From Anaerolineaceae bacterium UBA6801 (GTDB lineage: Bacteria > Chloroflexota > Anaerolineae > Anaerolineales > Anaerolineaceae): a stretch of DNA of 36,178 nt. Shown here piece by piece: positions 8,961-15,912 of this stretch. The number at the start of each line of letters is the position of its first letter. The first letter of the stretch is position 1. Location of the stretch: contig DKFH01000167.1 in the NCBI GenBank assembly GCA_002452315.1, forward strand, positions 6,392 to 42,569, in the 5' to 3' direction. Both the position numbers and the translations under genes were made by a program. The notes beneath the pieces were generated by a model, which saw only the letters and a list, made by a program, of their open reading frames with translations, was not told where the DNA came from and did no database searches.

Positions 8961-9778
8961 CCGACCTGACCATCAATGCTGAACTGACCGAAAAGATCCT
9001 GACCGGGTTCATCCACACAGAGCTGAACCGGGTCGGGTTCCAACGCGCCCTGCTGGGCGTCTCCGGCGGGATCGACTCGGCCGTATCCCTGTACCTGAGC
9101 GCCAAAGCCCTGGGACCGGAGAACGTCCTGGCCATCCGTATGCCCTACAAAACCTCGCCAGACCACACCCTCGAAGATGCCCAGTTGATGATAGACGACC
9201 TGGGCGTGCAGTCGATGACGGTCGAGATCACGCCGATGGTCGACCCCCTCATCGACCGGTTTGAGGATATGACCAAGATCCGGGCGGGCAACATCATGGC
9301 CCGCATGCGCATGATCGTCTTGTTTGATCAATCCGTGGCCTTCAACGGATTGGTGATGGGCTCCAGCAATAAAACTGAGATCCTCCTGGGTTATTCAACC
9401 ATCTATGGCGACTCAGCCGCCGCGCTGCAGCCGATTGGCGACCTGTACAAAACCCAGGTGCGCCAGCTCGCCCGCCATTTAGGGGTGCCGGAACTGGTGG
9501 TCAGCAAAGCGCCCTCCGCGGACCTGTGGGAGGGACAAACCGATGAGGGCGAACTGGGCTTCTCGTACGCGGATGTGGACCAGTTGCTGCATCTACTGGT
9601 CGACCAACGCTATCGCCCTGAAGCGTGCGTTGAAGAGGGTTTTGACCGGGACTTCGTGGCGCGGGTGGTGCGCAGGGTGCGCCAGAATCACTTCAAACGC
9701 GTCATGCCGCCCATCGCCAAGCTCTCTGAGCGCACGATCGGGTATGATTTTTTATACCTGCGCGATTGGGGGACATAA
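8957..9778 (+). CDS. nadE: NAD+ synthetase (synthetase subunit)
   Basis: SGGIDS P-loop, GNIMARMRM, NKTE..LGYSTIYGD, KAPSADLW and TDEGELG motifs. Confidence 0.95.
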   Translation: MTDLTINAELTEKILTGFIHTELNRVGFQRALLGVSGGIDSAVSLYLSAKALGPENVLAIRMPYKTSPDHTLEDAQLMIDDLGVQSMTVEITPMVDPLIDRFEDMTKIRAGNIMARMRMIVLFDQSVAFNGLVMGSSNKTEILLGYSTIYGDSAAALQPIGDLYKTQVRQLARHLGVPELVVSKAPSADLWEGQTDEGELGFSYADVDQLLHLLVDQRYRPEACVEEGFDRDFVARVVRRVRQNHFKRVMPPIAKLSERTIGYDFLYLRDWGT

Positions 9779-9863
9779 GCGGTCGCGTGTGGTCGGGGTT
9801 GATGATTGGTGGGGTGAAGAGCGCACCCCACCCCACAAAAAATGGCGTGATTGGGGGACGTAA
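9761..9863 (+). repeat. 18-bp direct repeat duplicating the 3' end of nadE
   Basis: cgcgattgggggacataa (9761-9778) versus cgtgattgggggacgtaa (9846-9863): 16/18 identical, both encode RDWGT*. Confidence 0.7.
9808..9836 (-). repeat. REP-like hairpin / possible terminator downstream of nadE
   Basis: GGTGGGGTG (9808-9816) and CACCCCACC (9824-9832) form a perfect stem; the minus strand starts GTGG, a GTAG-like tetramer. Confidence 0.5.
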
Positions 9864-9999
9864 ATCACAGGGTGCGATCCGAACATGCCCTGAGGCTGTA
9901 ACTCCCGCAGCAAAGCGAGACGGAGCAAAAGCCGTGAGGGGTGACCCACCAAACACAGTCCTCTCATCAAATGACAACAGAGGTTTTGATCTGCAATTT

Positions 10000-10130
10000 G
10001 TAGGTCACGCTTTTAGCGTGACAAAAAGAGATTGCTTTCTTGCTCAGGATGTTGCTCAGCCACTTCACTTGTAACGAGGATTCTCATAGAATTTGTCACG
10101 TAGATCCCTGCGGGATCATACGTGACCTAC
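10000..10130. repeat. Inverted pair of GTAG REP elements (REPIN-like doublet)
   Basis: Plus strand from 10000: GTAGGTCACG-cttttag-CGTGACAAA. Minus strand from 10130: GTAGGTCACG-tatgatcccgcagggatcta-CGTGACAAA. Confidence 0.7.
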
Positions 10131-10837
10131 GCACTAGAAACAGTGGTTCCACCATCCATCGCACCAGGCGGGAACATGGAATCATACTCCGAGACCGGCG
10201 CAAAAGACCGCCTGTGGACCGCACATGGCCCCAGAGCCAGGATCGCCTGGCGGTGGTCACGGGTGGCATAGCCCTTGTTGCTGGCAAAGCCGTAGCCCGG
10301 GTAGGTGTGGTCCAAATCCACCAGCAGGGCATCCCGCGCGGTCTTGGCCAGGATCGAGGCCGCGGCGATCGACAGGGCGCGCCCATCCCCCTTGACCAGC
10401 GGGGTTTGCGGGACAGACACGTTCGGCAGGGTCAGGTAATCCACCAGCAGGTGCTCGGGTGAAACACCCAGATGCTCAAGCGCACGGGCAGCCGCCAGGC
10501 AGGTGGCTGGCACGATGCCCAGCCGGTCGATCTCGTCCGGGCCGGCCATCCCCACGCCCCAGGCCCTTGCCACGGTTTTGATCACCTCAGCCCAGGCTTC
10601 GCGCGCTTTAGGCGCCATCACCTTAGAATCGCGCACCCCGGAAAGCAGGGCCATCAGGTCGTCCTGACCCGGGGGCAGCACCACCGCACCCGCCGCAACC
10701 GGTCCGGCCAACGCCCCGCGGCCGGCCTCATCCACACCGGCCACCAGGGTAATCCCCTGCCCCCACAAGTCACTTTCAAAGGCCAGGTTTGGCCGCTCGG
10801 GCAGCAAGCTGGTGTCGAATTTCACCCTAGGCGTCAT
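10127..10837 (-). CDS. rnhB: Ribonuclease HII (start probably ATG 10837 rather than 10855)
   Basis: AGVDEAGRGALAGPV, RDSK, KGD..ALSIAAASILAK and HRRSFAP motifs. Confidence 0.95.
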   Translation of the reverse strand: MTPRVKFDTSLLPERPNLAFESDLWGQGITLVAGVDEAGRGALAGPVAAGAVVLPPGQDDLMALLSGVRDSKVMAPKAREAWAEVIKTVARAWGVGMAGPDEIDRLGIVPATCLAAARALEHLGVSPEHLLVDYLTLPNVSVPQTPLVKGDGRALSIAAASILAKTARDALLVDLDHTYPGYGFASNKGYATRDHRQAILALGPCAVHRRSFAPVSEYDSMFPPGAMDGGTTVSSA

Positions 10838-11564
10838 AACGTCCCTGGCGGGCATTCTGGCGGATCTTGAGCAGGTCTAAGCCCATGCGCAGGGAATCCT
10901 GCACCAGGCGGACGCGGCTGTCGGGGTCAAAATACCAGTCGATGGCCACTTCCTGCAAGCGGTAGCCCTGCCGGCGGGCGATAAACAACACCTCGGCGTC
11001 AAAGGACATCCCGCCCATGGTTTGCAAAGGGAACACCGCTTCAGCCGCCTCAGCACTGAAGCACTTGAACCCGCACTGCGAGTCCTGGATGCCTGGTAAG
11101 ACCAGGGTACGCACCAGGGCGTTGAAAATCCGCCCAATCAGGTGCCGGTAACCGGGCTCATCGATCCGCCGGGAGCCGGGCAGCTCGCGTGAGCCGATAG
11201 CCACATCCACCTCCGTTAAAACTGGCGGTAGAAAGCGGTTGACCTGCTCAACGGGCATGGATAAATCAGCATCGCACAAAAAGCGATACGCCCCCTGGGC
11301 TTCCAGCATGCCCCGCCGGACAGCTAAGCCTTTGCCCCGTTCTGATTCCGAAAACACGCGCAGGTTCGGCATCCCATCTTGAAAAGCCTTAGCGATCTGC
11401 AAAGTGCCGTCGCTGCTGCCGTTTTCCACCACCAGGATCTCAGCCTGGTAGTCCTGGCTGGCAAGAAAGGCTTTGATTTGCTCCAGTGTCGGCGGGAGTC
11501 GTTCAGCCTCATTATGGGCTGGGATAATAATCGAGAGCAGTGGTTTGGTCAATAGTTCACCCAC
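10827..11564 (-). CDS. GT2 glycosyltransferase (polyprenol-phosphate glucosyl/mannosyltransferase-like)
   Basis: SIIIPAHNE, NGSSDGT, GKG.AVR.G, DADLS (DxD) and DSQCGFK motifs. Confidence 0.9.
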   Translation of the reverse strand: MGELLTKPLLSIIIPAHNEAERLPPTLEQIKAFLASQDYQAEILVVENGSSDGTLQIAKAFQDGMPNLRVFSESERGKGLAVRRGMLEAQGAYRFLCDADLSMPVEQVNRFLPPVLTEVDVAIGSRELPGSRRIDEPGYRHLIGRIFNALVRTLVLPGIQDSQCGFKCFSAEAAEAVFPLQTMGGMSFDAEVLFIARRQGYRLQEVAIDWYFDPDSRVRLVQDSLRMGLDLLKIRQNARQGRYDA

Positions 11565-11642
11565 AAATATCAGTTTCAGAGATAAAAAAATGGTCAGGGA
11601 ACGATGGTTGTGTGCTCGTTCACCTTCCCATTCTGTTAACAG

Positions 11643-11716
11643 TCGGGGTGGGCGGACTTGAACCGCCGACCTCCGCGTCCCAAACGCGGCGCGCTGGCCG
11701 TCTGCGCTACACCCCG
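11643..11716 (-). tRNA. tRNA-Pro (anticodon TGG), CCA not encoded
   Basis: Minus strand CGGGGTGTAGCGCAGACGGCCAGCGCGCCGCGTTTGGGACGCGGAGGTCGGCGGTTCAAGTCCGCCCACCCCGA folds as a cloverleaf with acceptor stem CGGGGTG/CACCCCG and a GTTCAA T-loop. Confidence 0.96.
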
Positions 11717-11725
11717 GCAGATAAG

Positions 11726-11755
11726 AGTATAATCCGAAGTATGGACAAACGTCAA
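11726..11755. promoter_or_regulatory. Overlapping divergent promoters (tRNA-Pro on minus, esterase on plus)
   Basis: Minus: TTGACG (11755-11750)-18 bp-TATACT (11731-11726). Plus: TATAAT at 11728-11733. Confidence 0.65.
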
Positions 11756-12715
11756 GATACCATATCCATCCTGTTCACCGCTGCCTTTTGGCTCACTATG
11801 TCCCTGATGTTCATCCTGGTAGGATCAGCCTGCCAAACGGACCTTGAACCTCTGCCAGCAGCGCAAAACCCACCCAGCACCACGCCCTCAGCCAATCCCG
11901 TGATCACATCCCCAAGCCCAACTTCAACCCCCATAGCCAATCCTGAGATCACATCTCCAAGCCCAACCTCAACCCCCGCAGCCCCTGTACCAACCGAGAC
12001 TGCCGCGGTTGATTGCCTGCAGACAGGCGGAATCGTGCAAAGTGGGTCGTTTTTCAGCTATCAGCTGGGGGAAGACCTGCACTACCGGGTCTACCTGCCT
12101 CCTTGCTACCATAGTGACCTGGATAAACGCTACCCGGTCACCTACTTGCTGCACGGCCTGACCTTTAATGAAGACCAATGGCTGCGCCTGGGTGTGGCCG
12201 AGGAGATGGATGCGCTGATTGCCCAGGGCTCAGTCTCCCCTTTTATCATCATCATGCCCGGCGAAGCCCGCTTCCATCCACTGCAGACCTCGGCCTTTGT
12301 CAACGCCCTGGTCTTCGAACTGATCCCGTGGGTCGATCAGCAATACCGCACCCAACCCGAGAAATCCTTTCGGGCCATCGGCGGGCTCTCACGCGGTGCG
12401 GCCTGGGCGATTCACATCGGGTTTGAACACCCGCAAGTGTTCAGCAGTGCGGGGGCGCACAGCCTGCCCTTGTTTTCATATGATGGCAATCGGCTTAACA
12501 GTTGGCTGACGCGTACCCCCGCCGATGAGCTGCCTGCGTTTTTCTTCGACATTGGCCGGGGAGACCCGGAAAGGCACTCAGCCCAGGAATTTGCCGACCA
12601 GTTAAACGCGCATCACATCCCTCATACCTGGTACCTGTTCAATGGCGGGCACACCGAAGCATACTGGTCTGCACACCTGGCCATCTACCTGCGCTGGTAT
12701 GCGCGGGATTGGTAA
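11741..12715 (+). CDS. Putative lipoprotein esterase (alpha/beta hydrolase, CE1/Fes-like)
   Basis: Signal peptide with VGSAC lipobox, Pro/Thr linker, VYLPPCY, YLLHG, nucleophile GLSRG and GGHT motifs. The ORF-track start at 11540 overlaps the tRNA and is rejected. Confidence 0.85.
   Translation: MDKRQDTISILFTAAFWLTMSLMFILVGSACQTDLEPLPAAQNPPSTTPSANPVITSPSPTSTPIANPEITSPSPTSTPAAPVPTETAAVDCLQTGGIVQSGSFFSYQLGEDLHYRVYLPPCYHSDLDKRYPVTYLLHGLTFNEDQWLRLGVAEEMDALIAQGSVSPFIIIMPGEARFHPLQTSAFVNALVFELIPWVDQQYRTQPEKSFRAIGGLSRGAAWAIHIGFEHPQVFSSAGAHSLPLFSYDGNRLNSWLTRTPADELPAFFFDIGRGDPERHSAQEFADQLNAHHIPHTWYLFNGGHTEAYWSAHLAIYLRWYARDW
11891..11977 (+). repeat. Intragenic 45-bp-period tandem duplication in the esterase linker
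   Basis: ANPVITSPSPTSTP-I-ANPEITSPSPTSTP; copies at 11891-11932 and 11936-11977. Confidence 0.85.
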
Positions 12716-12780
12716 GTAAAATATTCAAATAATCTAGTAAAATAGGGGTAACAAACACCCATCTATGAAAGGGAGCAAAC

Positions 12781-13206
12781 ATGTATCAACAAATCACCAT
12801 CGTCGGGTATTTGGGCGGCGACCCTGATATGCGGTTTACGCCTAGCGGCCAGGCTGTCACCAGCTTTTCTTTGGCAGCATCACGAAAATACACCAACAAC
12901 AGCGGACAAAAAATCGATGAGACCACCTGGTTCCGTGTCTCTGTATGGGGTGCCCAGGCAGAATCCTGCAACCAGTACCTCCACAAAGGCAGCCCTGTGC
13001 TGGTCGTTGGCCGACTGCGTCCCGATCCACAATCCGGTGGACCGAGGGTTTATACCCGCCAGGATGGATCAACCGGGGCATCCTTTGAAGTCAACGCACT
13101 CACGGTAAGATTCCTGCCCAGCGGCGGCGCCCGCGGCACCGGTGGGTATGAAGCTGATTTTGGCGATGAGCAAGGAGGCGCAGAGGGCGACGAAATCCCC
13201 TTCTAG
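12781..13206 (+). CDS. ssb: Single-stranded DNA-binding protein
   Basis: OB fold (IVGYLGGDPDMRFTPSG...TTWFRVSVWG...KGSPVLVVGRL) and acidic tail GDEIPF. Confidence 0.95.
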   Translation: MYQQITIVGYLGGDPDMRFTPSGQAVTSFSLAASRKYTNNSGQKIDETTWFRVSVWGAQAESCNQYLHKGSPVLVVGRLRPDPQSGGPRVYTRQDGSTGASFEVNALTVRFLPSGGARGTGGYEADFGDEQGGAEGDEIPF

Positions 13207-13218
13207 ACCGGAGACCTT

Positions 13219-13527
13219 ATGCCTCAACAACCTATGCCCAATATTGAACTACCGGACGGCCTTGAACCGCAATATGTCAACTTTGTCCGGATCGCTCACA
13301 CTGCCTCAGAATTTATCATGGATTTCTCCCTGCTCCTGCCCGGAATCACGCAACCCCAGGTTGATTCCCGGCTGGTGATGTCTCCCACAGCAGCCAAGCT
13401 CTTTCTGCGGGCGTTGACGGAAAACCTCAAGCGGTATGAGGCCAATTTTGGCGAGATTTCTGTCCCAGGCAGCCATACCCTGGCCGATGACCTGTTCCGC
13501 CCCAATGATCAACCTAAAGGCAGCTGA
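13219..13527 (+). CDS. DUF3467 family protein
   Basis: YVNFVRIAHTASEFIMDF...SRLVMSPTAAK.F..AL.ENLKRYE..FGEI pattern. Confidence 0.85.
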   Translation: MPQQPMPNIELPDGLEPQYVNFVRIAHTASEFIMDFSLLLPGITQPQVDSRLVMSPTAAKLFLRALTENLKRYEANFGEISVPGSHTLADDLFRPNDQPKGS

Positions 13528-14198
13528 TGGAAAACCACCTCGAATCGCTCTCAGACCAGATCAGGGAGTCCTTTAATCAACAAAACGACAAGCGCGATAA
13601 AGCCCTGGCACAAAGCCGAGAGCTGACGCGCCATGCCGCCCGCGCCATCCGCGCCATCCATCGCGAGGACAACGACCTGGCCCAGGAGCACCTCGCCCAG
13701 GCCAACCAGCTGGCAGAAGCCTTACGCACTGGCCTTGCGGATGAACCTGATCTGTATTTTTCTGGCTATACGCAAGACGCACTCAAGGAATTTGTTGAAG
13801 CCCATCTGACGGTGGCCACTATTCTGAACCAGGACTGGCCCACCCCGGAAGACTTGCAGGTGGCATATGCCACGTACCTCAACGGGATGTCCGAGGTGAT
13901 CGGCGAGTTGCGCCGGCGGATTATGGACCTGATGCGCGCCGGCCATTCTCCCGAGGTTGAACGCCTGCTGGAGGTGATGGACGACATCTACGCCCTGCTG
14001 GTCACCATGGATTACCCCGACGCCCTCACCTATGGCCTGCGCCGCCGGACAGATATCGCCCGCAGCATCATCGAACGCACCCAGGCGGACGTGACCATCA
14101 GCTATCGCCAGCAGCTGCTGGAAAAGCGGATTGCCGAACTCTCGGCACAATTATCGCAGATTGAAATCACGGATCAAAACAACCCCTCAGGCGCCTGA
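13527..14198 (+). CDS. Translin/TRAX (C3PO)-family protein
   Basis: All-helical 223 aa; SRELTR, QDALKEFVEA (QEYVEA-like), YLNGMSEVIGELRR and GLRRRTD motifs typical of archaeal-type translin; TGATG coupling to DUF3467. Confidence 0.8.
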   Translation: MENHLESLSDQIRESFNQQNDKRDKALAQSRELTRHAARAIRAIHREDNDLAQEHLAQANQLAEALRTGLADEPDLYFSGYTQDALKEFVEAHLTVATILNQDWPTPEDLQVAYATYLNGMSEVIGELRRRIMDLMRAGHSPEVERLLEVMDDIYALLVTMDYPDALTYGLRRRTDIARSIIERTQADVTISYRQQLLEKRIAELSAQLSQIEITDQNNPSGA

Positions 14199-14213
14199 AT
14201 CAGGCGCTTGAGG
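14185..14213 (+). terminator. Hairpin overlapping the translin stop codon
   Basis: CCTCAGGCGCCTGA-a-TCAGGCGCTTGAGG followed by CTTT. Confidence 0.6.
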
Positions 14214-14483
14214 CTTTCATCAGCTCACCCGTCATCCTTAAGGTTCACAGCTCACTACTGGGTTTGCTAACAGCCATACACAGCCTAATTCAATTTTGGG
14301 GCAATCCATAAAGCACTCCGACAGGGTGATTTTCTACTCACTAACCGCACAAATGATACACTTTTCTGATCGTTTTTTGAATCATTAGCAATGATTTCAA
14401 CAAGTAACAACGCCAGAGCGAAATCAATGGAAACAGATTCGCCTTTCGTCCTTAAACGTGCTAGACTCTTAGCGGAGTGATTT

Positions 14484-15698
14484 ATGCCGGAAACAAGTGA
14501 CCCCTGGCAGCGGCCGGAACCCACCCCCATCGCAGCTGCCCCCCCAAGCAAAGCACCAGCCCCCCCGCCCGAACCCAAATACATCCTGTTTTGGGAACGC
14601 TTGCGCCGGTGGGGATTGGGCGATTCTGTGCTGCGGGCAGCCACAGCACTGACCACGGCAATTGCCATTCTGCTGGTCGTATGGCTGATGGGCACCTTTA
14701 ACCGCCAAGAAGTTGCTCTCATTGACGCCCCCCAAAGCGTGGCGATGGCAGAGACCCTGGGCGAGTCAGCGTCAAGCGTGGCACCCCCCATGTTTAACGT
14801 CGGCGGCGCCAATCCCGACGGGATCGCCCGCCAGGTAGGCGTAAACACCATCCTGCCTGTGCGTGTGGCGCGTGATCAGGTCATCGAATATACCGTCGAA
14901 ACGGGAGATTCAATCTTTGTGATTGCGGACAAATTCAACCTCAGGCCAGAATCCATCCTGTGGGGCAATCGCTATACCCTGGGAGATGACCCGCACTTAA
15001 TCGTGCCCGGGCAAACACTGCACATCCTGCCGGTGGATGGCGTGTACCACAAGTGGAGTGCTGGCGAGGGCCTCAATGGCGTGGCCTCATTTTACAATGT
15101 GGCCCCCGAGGATATCATCAACTGGCCAGGAAACGGGCTCGACCCCGAGCAAATCGGCGATTACGCCAACCCCAACATCCCGCCCGATACGATGCTGGTC
15201 ATCCCCGGCGGCCAGGGCACCTTTGCCGATTGGCGCGCACCGCGCATCAGCCGGGAAGAGCCGGCCACAGCCAGGCATCTTGGCCCGGGTGCCTGCAGCG
15301 CCAGTTATGATGGCATAACAGGTTCGCTGACCTTCATCTGGCCCACAACGGAACGTTATCTCTCCGGTTTCGATTACACACCTGAAACCAACCATTTCGG
15401 CATCGACATCGCCGGGCGCACGGGTAACCCGATTTTCGCAGCCGATCATGGCGTGGTGGTGTATGCCGGGTGGAGCGATTTTGGCTATGGCGAGATGGTG
15501 GTGATCGACCATGGCTCGGGCTGGCAAACCCTGTACGCCCACCTGAGCGTGGTGAACGCATATTGCGGCCAGGAGGTCTACCAGGGGGATACGATCGGGC
15601 TGATGGGCAGCACCGGTAAATCCACCGGTCCTCACCTGCATTTTGAAATGCGCAGCGACGATCACGGCCGCGTCAACCCCTGGAATTTCTTGAATTAG
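14484..15698 (+). CDS. Membrane-anchored LysM + M23 metallopeptidase
   Basis: N-terminal TM helix, LysM (YTVETGDSIFVIADKFNL), M23 motifs HFGIDI, YAHL and GPHLHFE. Confidence 0.92.
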   Translation: MPETSDPWQRPEPTPIAAAPPSKAPAPPPEPKYILFWERLRRWGLGDSVLRAATALTTAIAILLVVWLMGTFNRQEVALIDAPQSVAMAETLGESASSVAPPMFNVGGANPDGIARQVGVNTILPVRVARDQVIEYTVETGDSIFVIADKFNLRPESILWGNRYTLGDDPHLIVPGQTLHILPVDGVYHKWSAGEGLNGVASFYNVAPEDIINWPGNGLDPEQIGDYANPNIPPDTMLVIPGGQGTFADWRAPRISREEPATARHLGPGACSASYDGITGSLTFIWPTTERYLSGFDYTPETNHFGIDIAGRTGNPIFAADHGVVVYAGWSDFGYGEMVVIDHGSGWQTLYAHLSVVNAYCGQEVYQGDTIGLMGSTGKSTGPHLHFEMRSDDHGRVNPWNFLN

Positions 15699-15850
15699 CA
15701 TGGAGCAGTATTGTTCTGACCGGGCCGGGTAATGCTCCCGGGGTATTTTGGGTTAATGGATATTTGGTATTAGGCAGTTAGGAATCAGGGGAGCCATCAT
15801 GCGCTTATCATTCTGCCAATACAGCCTCCTGAGGTGTTAATGAATAAGCA

Positions 15851-15877
15851 TAGCGACGTTGCAGGCAACGTCGCTAC
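15851..15877 (-). repeat. GTAG-type REP palindrome downstream of the glucan locus
   Basis: TAGCGACGTTGC-ag-GCAACGTCGCTA perfect 12-bp inverted repeat; minus strand reads GTAGCGACGTTGCCTGCAACGTCGCTA. Confidence 0.7.
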
Positions 15878-15912
15878 AGGTTTATCAAGCAGTGTATTTT
15901 AAATTTCCAGCA

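Noticed and set aside
9868-9960. c-di-GMP riboswitch or group II intron 5' end (GTGCG, GCAAA motifs)
   Set aside because: Only short motif matches; no complete GEMM architecture, no domain V and no downstream gene in a suitable orientation.
11643-11716. tRNA-Pro as the integration site of an island
   Set aside because: No integrase and no duplicated tRNA 3' end were seen in the window.
11540-11740. N-terminal extension of the esterase in the ORF track
   Set aside because: It overlaps tRNA-Pro and the GT2 start; ATG 11741 gives a sensible lipoprotein signal peptide.
14285-15701. Minus-strand ORFs 14285..14851 and 15087..15701
   Set aside because: They are shadows of the LysM/M23 gene.
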